Shown one piece after another: positions 1 through 10,777 of a DNA stretch of 64,000 nt (position 1 is the stretch's first letter; the number at the start of each line of letters is the position of its first letter). The notes beneath the pieces are model-generated. The model was given only the letters and a program-made list of their open reading frames with translations, did no database searches and was not told the origin of the DNA. The stretch is taken from positions 64,001-128,000 of the forward strand of contig JAXHVD010000007.1 in the NCBI GenBank assembly GCA_034189385.1. Reading direction: 5' to 3'. Both the position numbers and the translations under genes were made by a program. The stretch is from Thermodesulfobacteriota bacterium (GTDB lineage: Bacteria; Desulfobacterota; Desulfobacteria; Desulfobacterales; C00003060).

Positions 1-882
1 AAAGCCTTTGGAGAGAGGGCCCAGGAGATAGCCGGGGCTCTGCCTTCAGATCAATACCTCTATTTCAATTCCGTTGGCGGCCTGGGATACGTCCACTTTC
101 ACAGAGGAGAGGGGAAAAAGGCCTTTGAAAGAGCACAGGACCTTCTGGACTATGGCCAGAAACACTCTAATACTCGAAGTCTGGTCCTTGGTCACTGGAT
201 CATGGGGTTTGGTTATGTGCTGGATGGTGATTTTCAATCGTGCATCGAATGCTGTAAGAGGGCAATCCAAGTTTCACAAGACCCGTGGTATTCTCAGCTT
301 CCTAGAATCCTGCTCGGCGCCATTTATGTCTACTACGGTAAGTTTGAGGAGGCAGAGGAGGTTCTGAAGGTGGTTCTGACTTACAGCCAGAAGTACGGCG
401 GCGAGGCAGTGGGAACACCGGCAAATACGTATCTTGGCGCAGCTTTGATTGGTAAAGGCTATATGGGACAGGGATTAGAAATGATTGAAGAGGCACAACG
501 ATTGTATCTGGGAAATGAGAGGAAGGGCTACTATGCGCTGTCCGAGTATATCCTTGGAAGGCTGTATTTGCAGATCGTTGAAGGAGGCCCTCGGATTGGC
601 CTTTCAACAGTGGCGAAAAACATCGGCTTTCTGATGAAAAACGTCCCCTTTGCCGGCAAGAAGGCGGAATCTCATTTCAACAAGGCCATTGAGGCTGCAA
701 AAGAGATCGGGGCCAAAGGGACCATGGGTCCAGCCTATCTCGATTTGGGGCGCTTGCACAGGGCCAAAGATAGAAGGGAGCAAGCCAGAGAATGTATTTC
801 CACGTCAATTGCGTTGTTTGAGGAATGCGAGGCGGAGGGATACCTTAAACAGGCAAGAGAGGCCCTGGCGTCTTTGGGATAG
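1..882 (+). CDS. TPR-repeat protein, 3' part (5'-truncated by window); resembles the C-terminal TPR region of adenylate/guanylate cyclase-AAA-TPR proteins
   Basis: Frame is open from base 1 through the ORF at 202..882; helical TPR-like repeats (e.g. AYLDLGRLHRAKDRREQARECISTSIALFEEC). Confidence 0.7.
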   Translation, partial: KAFGERAQEIAGALPSDQYLYFNSVGGLGYVHFHRGEGKKAFERAQDLLDYGQKHSNTRSLVLGHWIMGFGYVLDGDFQSCIECCKRAIQVSQDPWYSQLPRILLGAIYVYYGKFEEAEEVLKVVLTYSQKYGGEAVGTPANTYLGAALIGKGYMGQGLEMIEEAQRLYLGNERKGYYALSEYILGRLYLQIVEGGPRIGLSTVAKNIGFLMKNVPFAGKKAESHFNKAIEAAKEIGAKGTMGPAYLDLGRLHRAKDRREQARECISTSIALFEECEAEGYLKQAREALASLG

Positions 883-898
883 ACAATCACTGGTCACA

Positions 899-1041
899 TT
901 GAACCGCATAAGCGAGCGCATTCCCCGTAGGTTCTGCCTGACGACAGTGCTGCGCGGGCTGCGGGGTTAGCGAGCGTATATCTAAAAAGTTGTCATCCTT
1001 ACGGTGAAGATTCCCCGCGGCTTGCCGCGGGGAGGCTTCAA
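899..1041 (+). repeat. Dispersed modular palindromic repeat, copy 1 (MITE/REPIN/PATE-like)
   Basis: Begins TTGAACCGCATAAGCGAGCGCATT and ends CCCCGCGGCTTGCCGCGGGGAGGCTTCAA; near-identical ends at 21617, 26741 and 58339. Confidence 0.85.
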
Positions 1042-1251
1042 TATCCCGGGGGCTTGCTTGAGGAAGCTGAAATGTCCGAGTTTTGGATTCAAAAATTCAC
1101 ATGGCCGTTGAGAAGCACAATGAGTTTGTTGATGGGGGGGTAATGGTCGTCGTACTCTTGTAGCTGGCAGCGGTGGAGCTAAGAAGTGTTTTGACTTCGT
1201 TCGCGTCGGATGGGTTGCACATGATGCAGACTGTTCGGAAAGGAGTGGAAA

Positions 1252-2532
1252 ATGAGAGACGGGCTTTTGAAGCGGATTGGGTTGGGTTTGGGTCTGTGTT
1301 TTGGTTTGCTCTTAAGCGTAACAGCTGCTCCGTCAAGCGCGAGGGCTTCTGGGTTTGCACTCCATGTCCACGGTGCAAAAGGGATGGGCATGACGACGAA
1401 TGTGATTGCCCACACTGAAGGTCCTGCTTCCAACCACCATAATCCTGCCCTTCTTACCGAGCTCGAAGGAACCCACATAGAAGCAGGCACCAGCCCCATA
1501 TTTCTATCAAGGGAGTTTAAGAGCGCAGAGACTGGGAAGACGGAGAAGACAGGAACCGAGGTGTTCTATCCAAGCACAATATTCGTAACACACCAGCTGC
1601 ATGACAGGCTCACAGCAGGGTTGGGGATAGTCAGTCCATTTGGCCTTGAAACCGACTGGGGAAAGAAGTGGGAAGGAAGATATCTTATAACCAGCGTGGA
1701 GTTGAAGTCATTTAACATAAACCCCAACATTGCATGGAAGATTACGGACAAGTTGTCCGTTGCTGGCGGCGTTAATCTTCTTCTCCTTGATGCCACGTTG
1801 GAAAACAACGTAAACTTGTCAACCTTTGGACTTCCAGATGGAGAACAGAAATTTGACGGAGATGGGCATGACGTTGGCTTTAATATGGGCCTCCTATATC
1901 ATCTGAATCAAGATTGGTCATTTGGTGCTTCTTATCGTAGTCCATTCACAGTGGATGTTGATGGCGATGCAGAGCACACGCTTCCGGCAGGCAGCCCCCC
2001 AGAATTAGGGATGGTTTTCCCCAATACTGATGGGAGCACTGACATTGAGCTCCCCCGACAGGTGTTCGTGGGATTGTGTTATAGGGGAGTAGAGAAACTC
2101 ACCGTGGAATGTGGTATCAGATGGGAAGGGTGGTCATCTTTTGACGAACTGGCATTTGAGTTTGATGAGCCCATTGCAGGAAGCGAGACACTGGTAGTTG
2201 AGAAGGACTGGGAAGACGTGGTTTCCTACAGTATTGGGGCCAAATATGACATAGACGATACGTTTGCTATCCTCGGAGGCTTTCGGTTTGATGAGAACCC
2301 CATACCGGATGACACATTCGAACCAATGGTGCCGGAAGCTGATAAATATGACTTCACCATAGGCTGCATAAAGACATTTGGTGATTTAGCAATAGCTGTG
2401 AGTTACGCCTATGAGAAATATGAGTCCAGAGACAAAGAGAATCAAGTGGGCGCCACACTGGGAGGAACAGCTAACGGAGAGTACAACACAGATGCACAGG
2501 CAGTTGCAGTATCTGTGAGCTATGTATTCTAA
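1252..2532 (+). CDS. fadL: FadL/OmpP1/TodX-family outer-membrane long-chain fatty acid/hydrophobic compound transporter
   Basis: Signal peptide, mature start ASGFAL, HNPA motif, SPFGLETDW, C-terminal aromatic YVF of a beta-barrel. Confidence 0.85.
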   Translation: MRDGLLKRIGLGLGLCFGLLLSVTAAPSSARASGFALHVHGAKGMGMTTNVIAHTEGPASNHHNPALLTELEGTHIEAGTSPIFLSREFKSAETGKTEKTGTEVFYPSTIFVTHQLHDRLTAGLGIVSPFGLETDWGKKWEGRYLITSVELKSFNINPNIAWKITDKLSVAGGVNLLLLDATLENNVNLSTFGLPDGEQKFDGDGHDVGFNMGLLYHLNQDWSFGASYRSPFTVDVDGDAEHTLPAGSPPELGMVFPNTDGSTDIELPRQVFVGLCYRGVEKLTVECGIRWEGWSSFDELAFEFDEPIAGSETLVVEKDWEDVVSYSIGAKYDIDDTFAILGGFRFDENPIPDDTFEPMVPEADKYDFTIGCIKTFGDLAIAVSYAYEKYESRDKENQVGATLGGTANGEYNTDAQAVAVSVSYVF

Positions 2533-2686
2533 TTTCTTGTTGGCAGGGCACCTGAATTGGCCTGCCAATTCGCATAGCTGGTTACAGTGTCCTCGCCGAA
2601 GAGCTTAAAGATGTGTAGCTAGGGGATTCGTTCAAGGAATCAGGGCTACCTTCGGACCACGTGATTGATTGAAGCAAGGAACTGAG

Positions 2687-3511
2687 ATGAAAGTCACTTT
2701 CTATGGCACGAGGGGATCTATTCCGGTAGCTGAACCGGATTTTGCGGAATTTGGCGGCAATACGGCCTGTGTCTTAATGACCTTCAGCACCGGGAGAATC
2801 GGCATACTGGATGCCGGCACCGGGATTAGAAAACTGGGAAACGACCTCTTGGCCGCATCTCACGAACAGTTCGATGACATCATGATCGGACTCTCCCATA
2901 CCCATTGGGACCACATACAGGGCTTTCCCTTTTTCAAGTTTGCCAGGGACCCGAGATGCCACGTCACCCTGGCCATCTGTGGAAGAGATACGAGTTTTAC
3001 GGACCTGGAGAGTGTTTTCAAGACACAGCTCCAGGACTATTTCTTTCCCGTGCCCCTGGATAAGCTCGGGGCCAAGTTAACCTTTTGGGAACCGGACCTC
3101 ACCGAATATACCCACCCCAGGGGGGTGGACATTGTGGCCTCCAAGCACAATCACCCAGGAGGGGCCTATGGGTATCGTATTACAGAGGGGGGCAAAACCC
3201 TGGTCTATTGTACAGATGTGGAACATGGGGATGAGATAGATCCTAAGGTGGTAGCCCTGGCAAGAGACGCGGATCTCCTCATTCACGACGCCCAGTACAC
3301 CCCGGAGGAACTGAAGGACAAGAAGGGGTGGGGACACAGCAGTTGGGAGCAGGCCGTGGAAGTGGCTGAACAGGCAGGGGCGAAAAAGCTGGCCCTCTTC
3401 CATCATGATCCGGATCACTCAGACAGCTTTCTCTTGAATGTGGAAAAGGAGGTTCAGAAAAGGTTGCCCACAGCCTTTCTTGCAAGGGAGGGGATGGAGG
3501 TCGAATTATAG
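2687..3511 (+). CDS. MBL-fold metallo-hydrolase (RNase Z/phosphodiesterase-like)
   Basis: GTRGSIP, GGNTAC, DAGTG, SHTHWDH, GHS and FHHDP motifs; ATG 2687 follows AAGGA. Confidence 0.9.
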   Translation: MKVTFYGTRGSIPVAEPDFAEFGGNTACVLMTFSTGRIGILDAGTGIRKLGNDLLAASHEQFDDIMIGLSHTHWDHIQGFPFFKFARDPRCHVTLAICGRDTSFTDLESVFKTQLQDYFFPVPLDKLGAKLTFWEPDLTEYTHPRGVDIVASKHNHPGGAYGYRITEGGKTLVYCTDVEHGDEIDPKVVALARDADLLIHDAQYTPEELKDKKGWGHSSWEQAVEVAEQAGAKKLALFHHDPDHSDSFLLNVEKEVQKRLPTAFLAREGMEVEL

Positions 3512-4186
3512 GCTCTTCTCAATTGTCTGGCTAGCCACCTCATTGAATTGGTTGGGAGCCGATCCTATTTAGATATTCTCTGCAGATCACACCCGCAGTA
3601 TGGTTTCGGTTGATGTTCAATAATGCTATGTTATTCACTCCGCGCACTGCATGGAGCCGAGTGTCGCTCTTGCTATATGAGATAACCTTTTAAAAGGCTT
3701 ATAGTTTTCTGGTATCCTCGACAAATCTAGGATGGAAACGTCTGGTTTCTGAGCCCATCTCGTGGCAAGCATACTTGAAATAGACGCCTCGCTAGCCAGT
3801 CTCATAATATGCTGAAGTCCTTTACCTGACACCTGGTAGCTCACAGCATTGCTCCTATCCACCCGTTACCTATCGGGCTTCGTAGTTTCAATATGATAAG
3901 TACGTAGTTTTTTTATGAAAAATACCTAATTATAGAAATTGACTCTGTAGCCTGAACGTAGTAAAGATTAATATGGGAAGATGTAATGATTTCACGCAGA
4001 ACATTCTTTCTTTTCTACCTATCCTTTGACCCTGTTTAAGGGTGATCCACATGGAGCAACCGCTCAAATTGTGCCTGCTTGATTCCTGACAGGACGGTAT
4101 GTGTTCTGTTGGGAACGCAGGCCCCCATCTTTGCACACAGAATGCTGTGACCGGCCAATAACTCGCGGCACCATAAGGAGGGCAAC

Positions 4187-7100
4187 ATGGAAAGGAAGGC
4201 TCTATTAGGCATTTCTATTTTCATTTTCTTATTGTCGATCGGGTTGTTTGTTGCTTCGGACGCGGGCAGTCCTCCTGCATCAACTGACCCAGAAGTCATT
4301 GCGGCCTTCGACGAACTTGAAGAGCATATAAATGGTTTACCTGACGCAACCCTGAATGTGGGCCAGCGTACCAGCCTGGTCATGAAGCTCAACAACGCCG
4401 AAGCAGCATACGTCCGAGGCCAGCCTTGCACCGCAGCCAACATTCTTCGGGCCTATCTGAACGAGACACAAGATCTGCGCGAGGGGGAACAGGTCGCGAT
4501 TGCTGAAGAGCTGTACAACCTGGGTCGTGCGCTCTGTGCTACACTGCTCGGAAGTCTACCGGAGGCCATGATATGCCCGGGTCACGAAGGGTTCGATTCC
4601 GAAACCAGTGTGGAGGTCCAGGCCTCAGACAACCAACACTTGGCAGCCTCGGTCAGCTTTGGCGAACTGCGGACATTGAGCGTGGAGGCCGAAGGTGAGC
4701 TATATACCCAAGTGGTCATTCCAGGAATGGAATTCCGCTCCGGCATACCGGGTTTACCTGCGGTGCCTGTGGTTCATCGTCTCGTGGCCATTCCCCGGGG
4801 TGCTGAAGTCACAATTCAAGCGTCACCGCCAACGGTCTCAGAGACCATCCGCCTGAATCTATATCCCTGTCAGCGTCCAGCGCCAGCCCCAGGCCCAGAT
4901 GATGAAGTGGAGTGTGAGCCGGGTTCCTATGACTGTCCTGCCTTTGTAAAGGACGAAGAAGCCTATGCGTCGGAAGGACCATACCCCCCTGAGGTCTGCA
5001 CCGTAACGCCTGTGGGCCAGTATCGGGATTTGCAGATTGCCGTGGTTTCCATCGCAGCTGGGCAGTACTACCCATTGGCGGATACTTACGTTAGCCACGA
5101 CTCCCTTGAGTACGAACTGACCTTCCAGGGAGGCAGTGGCGCGTTTGTGACGGAAGCCTCGGAAAGCCCATTCGAGAGCCAAACGGTGGACTTTGCCAAT
5201 GTCGTTATCAACGGCGAGGAGGTCTTTGACTATGTTGAAGACCGTCCTACATTGCCTCCTGAACCATGCGATGGCGAGGAATTGCTTATTATTACGCACG
5301 AGAAGTTCCGGGCGGCAGCTGACAAGCTGGGCAAGTGGAAGAACGACAAGGGTATCGTGACCAACGTAGTTGAGGCGAACGACACCACCACAGGTGATGA
5401 GATCGATCAGTACATAGACGGGCGCTATAAGGAGTGTGTTGTAAGGCCTTCTTACGTGTTGTTGCTAGGGGATGCAGAATTTATCCCTACCTTCTATGTG
5501 GAAACCGTGTTCAGTAAGGAGGCAGCCTCAGACTATAGATATGCCATCTATTCTGACCCGACACCTGATCCGACCTTCCTGTATGATATATTTCCGGATT
5601 TCGGAGTGGGAAGGATACCTGTAGATACCCTTGAACAGGCAAATAATGTGGTAGACAAGATTATCCAGTACGAGAGCAATCCGCCTTCTTCCGCCAGTTT
5701 TTACGAAAATATCAGCCTTGCCGCTTTATTTCAGTGCTGTCAATGGCTTGCCCCTGGCTACGAAGGCTATGACAGGAAGGCTTACATAGAGACTTGTGAG
5801 TTCGTCCGGGAGGAGCTGGTCGACCAGGGATACACTGTAGAACGGCTCTATTCTAAAGTGAACTGCAATAAAACGGCGTATCAGGGCGACGAGACGCCCC
5901 GCTACTACTACCAATGGGACCCCCTTCCAGAAGACATCGGCCCCAATAGCCCTTTTGGCTGGGATGCCTCAGAGGAAGACATTGTCGACGCCTTCAACGC
6001 AGGGCGTTTCTTGATCCTTCATCGCGACCACGGCTCAGAAAAAGGCTGGGCCGAGCCGAATTTCCACAAAGATACGATCAACGATCCCAATAACGGATTG
6101 TCTAATGGGAACCTTTTGCCTGTGGTTTTTAGTATCAACTGTTCCAGTGGTTTTTTTGATAACGAGACGAATCCAGGAGAACCGCCGATAGACGGCCGAT
6201 GTTATCCGACGGCTGTGTCAGGGCAAACATGTTACAGTGGAGCCGGCACGATGACTGAAACCTATTTTGGCGAGAGACTGCTTCGAAAAGCAAACGGCGG
6301 CGCAGTCGGCTTCATTGGCGCCACCCGGGACACTCCGGACACGGGCGATGACGTCCTCACCCGAGGCCTTTTTGATGCCGTCTGGCCTAATACGGTGGCG
6401 AATTACGGTGGCACGACCTCGCTTCGGCGCTTGGGTGACATTCTAAACTATGGCAAGATGTATGTATTCTCTGAGGTTGGGGTCACACAGATGATGGGAA
6501 AGCCACTCTACCCACTCGACATTTCTGCGATATTCTCCCTTTTTCACGTCCTAGGTGATCCTAGTCTGGAGATGTGGACTCGGAAAGCCCTACTCATTTT
6601 GTCGGCAGATTACACTCTAGACATCCTCGAGCATTCATTGCTGGTCAAGTACTCGGTTGATGGGGCCCAGGTCACTGCGCTACAGAAGACCGATAACGGC
6701 ATGGTCCCCATTGGACGAGCAACCGTCAAGAATGGCGAGGCGACCCTAACGTATGTGTTAGAACCGGAAGAGGATCTTCCCATTCTGTTGTCTGTGAGCA
6801 TGGAGAATGAAGTCAGCCGACTGTTGACGCCCGAACCCATCGACCTTCTAGACGAGAGCAGCTTTAGCGAAAGCGCCAAGCGCATTACCTTTGAGGAGTA
6901 TTTTGCGGGGGAGCCAATTGACTTCCAGTATTTAGACTTGGGTGTCTGGTTCTATAAAGATGAGATGATTGTCAGCATTCCGACCATCGCTGATGCTGCA
7001 ATGCGCGACGGGGCCAGCACAAAAAGCGGAGAATATTCGCTCCTCCATCAGCAAGAATCACCTGGATTACCCTTGACCATGTTCTTCAGTTCGCCGGTAC

Positions 7101-7348
7101 AGCGGGTAGGCATGTACATTGGCAATGCCTGGGACTGTATAGCAGATGTGCCGATGTCGACGGAAGCCACGCTCAGGGTTTATGATGGTGAGGGCCTTTT
7201 CATTGCCAGTGTCACGCGAGAAGGGTTCTGCCTCGATGTCGACACCTTTATGGGTATTGATGTAGGAGCTCAAAGGATATCTCACGTGGACGTTGATTAT
7301 GGTGATACCGCTTCGGGCGAGATGATAGATGACCTCCTTTTCGAGTAG
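4187..7348 (+). CDS. Secreted peptidase C25 (gingipain family) with C25 propeptide
   Basis: Signal peptide; propeptide motif GLPAVPV; YVLLLGDAEFIP, GVGRIPV, HRDHG (catalytic His), INCSSG (catalytic Cys), GDPSLEMW; RBS AAGGAGG. Confidence 0.9.
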   Translation: MERKALLGISIFIFLLSIGLFVASDAGSPPASTDPEVIAAFDELEEHINGLPDATLNVGQRTSLVMKLNNAEAAYVRGQPCTAANILRAYLNETQDLREGEQVAIAEELYNLGRALCATLLGSLPEAMICPGHEGFDSETSVEVQASDNQHLAASVSFGELRTLSVEAEGELYTQVVIPGMEFRSGIPGLPAVPVVHRLVAIPRGAEVTIQASPPTVSETIRLNLYPCQRPAPAPGPDDEVECEPGSYDCPAFVKDEEAYASEGPYPPEVCTVTPVGQYRDLQIAVVSIAAGQYYPLADTYVSHDSLEYELTFQGGSGAFVTEASESPFESQTVDFANVVINGEEVFDYVEDRPTLPPEPCDGEELLIITHEKFRAAADKLGKWKNDKGIVTNVVEANDTTTGDEIDQYIDGRYKECVVRPSYVLLLGDAEFIPTFYVETVFSKEAASDYRYAIYSDPTPDPTFLYDIFPDFGVGRIPVDTLEQANNVVDKIIQYESNPPSSASFYENISLAALFQCCQWLAPGYEGYDRKAYIETCEFVREELVDQGYTVERLYSKVNCNKTAYQGDETPRYYYQWDPLPEDIGPNSPFGWDASEEDIVDAFNAGRFLILHRDHGSEKGWAEPNFHKDTINDPNNGLSNGNLLPVVFSINCSSGFFDNETNPGEPPIDGRCYPTAVSGQTCYSGAGTMTETYFGERLLRKANGGAVGFIGATRDTPDTGDDVLTRGLFDAVWPNTVANYGGTTSLRRLGDILNYGKMYVFSEVGVTQMMGKPLYPLDISAIFSLFHVLGDPSLEMWTRKALLILSADYTLDILEHSLLVKYSVDGAQVTALQKTDNGMVPIGRATVKNGEATLTYVLEPEEDLPILLSVSMENEVSRLLTPEPIDLLDESSFSESAKRITFEEYFAGEPIDFQYLDLGVWFYKDEMIVSIPTIADAAMRDGASTKSGEYSLLHQQESPGLPLTMFFSSPVQRVGMYIGNAWDCIADVPMSTEATLRVYDGEGLFIASVTREGFCLDVDTFMGIDVGAQRISHVDVDYGDTASGEMIDDLLFE

Positions 7349-7470
7349 AAGGGAATGGAAACAGGAGGAGAATAGATGTTGGCGACCTGTAAAGGACACG
7401 CAGGAAAAGAAACTGCCAGGTTCAATGATTCGCGCAGTGAATTTCCTGTTGTTCAAAGGAGGGCGGAAAG

Positions 7471-10131
7471 ATGAGTAGCAGAATGAGAAGGGATTGTCGT
7501 CGAGGATCAAGTGGCCGCAGCAGAGTTTTTCTGCTGTGGGTTGTGATGTTGACCTTGCTGTTGCTCTGTCCGGTGAGGGGTGAAGCCGGCTTCCATTTCG
7601 TGAAGATTGCCGATTACGACACCAAAATCCCAGACGCTCTCGGCTGGTTCCCTTATTTTCGGGAATTAGATATTCCCGTCGTGGACGGCGTCAATGTGGC
7701 TTTTCTTGGAGCAAGCGCAACCGATAATACAGGCTACGCTTGGATCGGCGTCCTTCTATACGATGGGGACCTAGAGGTCATGGCCAACCAGGACACATCA
7801 ATTCCTCCTGTTGGCGAGTACAGCCTCAAGTTCAGCAAATTTTTCTCTCCTTCCATTGATGGTTCCAATGTGGCCTTTGTTGGTGTTGGTCCTGACTTAT
7901 ACAAGGTAGGTGTCTACGTCAATGCTGGAGACACACTGTGGAAGGTTGCCGACGCGGACACGGACATCCCTGCCTATCCAGGTAAGTTCAACTACCTGCT
8001 TTATGCTTTCCCCTCTGCCGACAATAATAACGTCGCATTTGTTGGCGCCAATGTAAACTACTCAGGGGAATCACTCACCATTAACGAGATAGGCGTCTGC
8101 GTATCAGGTAACCTCTCCAGCGGGCCTAGCTCGCCAGGAATCGCGGTAAATACTAGCGATTCTATCCCAAATAGCGGGATCCCCAATATAAACTTCAGTT
8201 TTTTCAAATATCCTTCCCTAAATGGCGACAGCGTGGCGTTCGTGGGTGCAGGTGGTACAGAAACCCCGATTATCATGGGTGTCTACACCGCGCCTCTTAT
8301 TACAGGGCCCATCCTGAAGGTGGCGGATACGACGACTGAAATCCCTGGTGAACAGGGGCTCATATTCGCCCGTTTTCCGGGTTCGCCTTCCTACTCCGGT
8401 AATTACGTGGCCTTCCTCGGCTGCAGTAGGCCTGAGTGTGACAGCCTAAAAGGTATCTACACAGCGGGCTACGACGGCTCGAACCGGGCGAAAGTGGCCG
8501 ACACGAATACCGTTGTACCAGGTGGAGGAGGTACTAAGTTCACTGACCTTGATAGTCCTTCCCTGGACTACAGTCCTATCCTGCACGAATACAAACTGGC
8601 GTTTCTCGGCAAATCTGATGTGGAAACAGGCATCTACCTCTACGATTTCACCGACAGCTCCCTGACAACGATAGTCAAGACAGGAGATAAAGTGGGCGGA
8701 AAAACGGTGAGCGAGCTAGGTTTTGGGGCAGAGGGGCTGAGCGGACCGGTCATCGGCTTCCATGTCAGTTTCACCGACGGTACTGAAGGTATATACCAGG
8801 CTGGGGAGCTTGTCCCTTGGGGATCTGGTGGGGGACCTCCTTTGGGTTCAACGCAGTCGGCTCCTTTACGCTGCACCCTGTGTGCCGAGAATATGGGGCC
8901 CCGCGACCCGTACCTATTCAGTATCGCCCTTGGCAAATCCGGCCTTGGCATTGATGAGCCCCTGTGGATCGACCCGGACTACGCCATTGGCTACGACTAC
9001 GCCGTTGAGGGGTCAGACTTCGCCTCGGTCACCCCACCAGTCGACATTGACCCAGATAATACCTTTGATCTGTTTCTTTTTGACAGCGGCTCAGGGGATT
9101 TTGTTGACACCGGCCATGACCTCACAGGGGGGGCGACTTTCAGTTTTTCCGATAACGGATTCAACGATGTCAATAAGTTCAGCATTCGGGGCATCTCAAT
9201 GGCACCCAATCTAAGTACTGACGACCCCAATTTTCCTCACCTGTTTCCCGTGGGAGTCACATTTACAGATCCCAACACAATGGTAGAAATCATCGTCACA
9301 CCGGTAGTGGCATCTGGAGACTTCGCCATCGACATCAAACCGGGAAGCTGGCCTAACTGTATCAATCCCAACAGCGGAGGAGTGGTTTCGGTGGCCATCC
9401 TTGGAAACGATTTGATGGATGTAAACGACATAGATCCTGCGACCGTCACGTTGGAAGGTGTTTTACCTTTGAGATGGGTTATAGAAGACGTAGACAATGA
9501 CGGTTTCAACGACCTCGTCTTCAAGTTTAAGAAGAAAGAGCTGGCTGATAAGGGAGTGCTAACTGATGGGGGCAGCTTGACCCTGGAGGGACAGCTCGCT
9601 GATGGGACTGAAATCAGCGGCTCAGATACAGTCTTTATTCCCTGGATGAAGGTCTGCTCAGCGCCGAGGGAGGCCTCCCTTACACGCGGTTGGGATGACT
9701 TCTCCCATCCCCTGACAACGGGCACCGTCTGCTGGGCGTATTCCTTTGATGGCGCCACGGCGACAGTAACATTGGACCTGGCGGGAGCCAAGCCCGATTA
9801 TCAATACCGCGTGGGGCTCTATATTTTCAATGAGGACGACCTGGTTGCCTGTCCGGATGTCAGTGGCCCGGGAATACTCGGTCCGGTCCCTGGTGTTGAG
9901 AAGGAAGGGAACACCGCCTGTGTTGCCGGTATGGAAATAGGCACTTTGACTACCGATGCTTTGGGAAACGGAATGGCCACTTCTGAGGTCTCTCTTCCCT
10001 CCGGTGAATATTCGGTCCAATTGACAGTGCACGGGGATGAGAATTGCCCACGATCGGATCCTTTGTGCAATGTGGTCTATAGAACGGGCAATGCCTACGC
10101 TGATGGCTTTGAACGCCTGATCTTTCCGTAG
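7471..10131 (+). CDS. Secreted multidomain protein: tandem PSxDGxxVAF beta-propeller-like repeats, a WIDP...GYDY domain and a DIKPGS...VAILG domain
   Basis: Hydrophobic signal segment; repeated K(V/I)ADxxTxIP...PSxxGxxVAFxG units. Confidence 0.75.
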   Translation: MSSRMRRDCRRGSSGRSRVFLLWVVMLTLLLLCPVRGEAGFHFVKIADYDTKIPDALGWFPYFRELDIPVVDGVNVAFLGASATDNTGYAWIGVLLYDGDLEVMANQDTSIPPVGEYSLKFSKFFSPSIDGSNVAFVGVGPDLYKVGVYVNAGDTLWKVADADTDIPAYPGKFNYLLYAFPSADNNNVAFVGANVNYSGESLTINEIGVCVSGNLSSGPSSPGIAVNTSDSIPNSGIPNINFSFFKYPSLNGDSVAFVGAGGTETPIIMGVYTAPLITGPILKVADTTTEIPGEQGLIFARFPGSPSYSGNYVAFLGCSRPECDSLKGIYTAGYDGSNRAKVADTNTVVPGGGGTKFTDLDSPSLDYSPILHEYKLAFLGKSDVETGIYLYDFTDSSLTTIVKTGDKVGGKTVSELGFGAEGLSGPVIGFHVSFTDGTEGIYQAGELVPWGSGGGPPLGSTQSAPLRCTLCAENMGPRDPYLFSIALGKSGLGIDEPLWIDPDYAIGYDYAVEGSDFASVTPPVDIDPDNTFDLFLFDSGSGDFVDTGHDLTGGATFSFSDNGFNDVNKFSIRGISMAPNLSTDDPNFPHLFPVGVTFTDPNTMVEIIVTPVVASGDFAIDIKPGSWPNCINPNSGGVVSVAILGNDLMDVNDIDPATVTLEGVLPLRWVIEDVDNDGFNDLVFKFKKKELADKGVLTDGGSLTLEGQLADGTEISGSDTVFIPWMKVCSAPREASLTRGWDDFSHPLTTGTVCWAYSFDGATATVTLDLAGAKPDYQYRVGLYIFNEDDLVACPDVSGPGILGPVPGVEKEGNTACVAGMEIGTLTTDALGNGMATSEVSLPSGEYSVQLTVHGDENCPRSDPLCNVVYRTGNAYADGFERLIFP

Positions 10132-10164
10132 TATTTGGAAAGAAGAAGTATTTCGTTCGGTACT

Positions 10165-10229
10165 CTGGCGTCCCCTGGTGTCATTTCGGCAGGAAATCAA
10201 AAACCTGCCCATCTACCTGGGGACGCCAG
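10165..10229 (+). other. Nested inverted repeat (long hairpin) downstream of the 886-aa gene; possible terminator or stabiliser
   Basis: CTGGCGTCCCC...GGGGACGCCAG enclosing GGCAGG-N10-CCTGCC. Confidence 0.45.
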
Positions 10230-10777
10230 GTTGCTGTCTCCTATCTGTCCGCTTCCTTGACAAACTTCCGGGTAGTCCCACAACCATGACCCACCCCGTC
10301 ATGAAATGCCTTCTTTCCCTTTCCAAGCGTCGGAATCAGCAACCATATGTAACATGAGAAGTCTTTGTTAGCCCGTTGCCCGCGAAACCGGGATACTGGT
10401 AGTACAACTCCCACGTTATTGTAATACCAAACTGTACTTGGGGGAACATCTCTTCCATAGGAATTCGCACCTCTCCATCCAGCATGTGCTGGGGTTGCTG
10501 TATATCGGCTGTAATTAGCTGATCTTCCAGCGAATAAATTTGTCTCACCACCAGCTCTATTCCTTGTCAGCTGGCACACATGTTGCTCTCTGGTGGAAAT
10601 GGTCCTTTGGGATGTCGAAAGGATGATTCAACCTTCAAAGAAGAGCAAGTCGCTCCAACGGCTTGAACGCCAATCCAAAGTCCAAAGTTGTAAGAACAGG
10701 GGAGCGGGGGCGCGGCGGATGCGGCGCCTGCTATACGCTGCATTTGGAACGGCTCAGGGAGCAATGGAGGTGCTGGA

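Noticed and set aside
899..1041. CRISPR array interpretation of the repeated palindromes
   Set aside because: Copies are dispersed kilobases apart, with no repeat-spacer periodicity and no cas genes
3635..4136. Short ORFs in the AT-rich gap before the C25 gene
   Set aside because: No recognisable motifs or RBS; likely promoter region or decayed DNA
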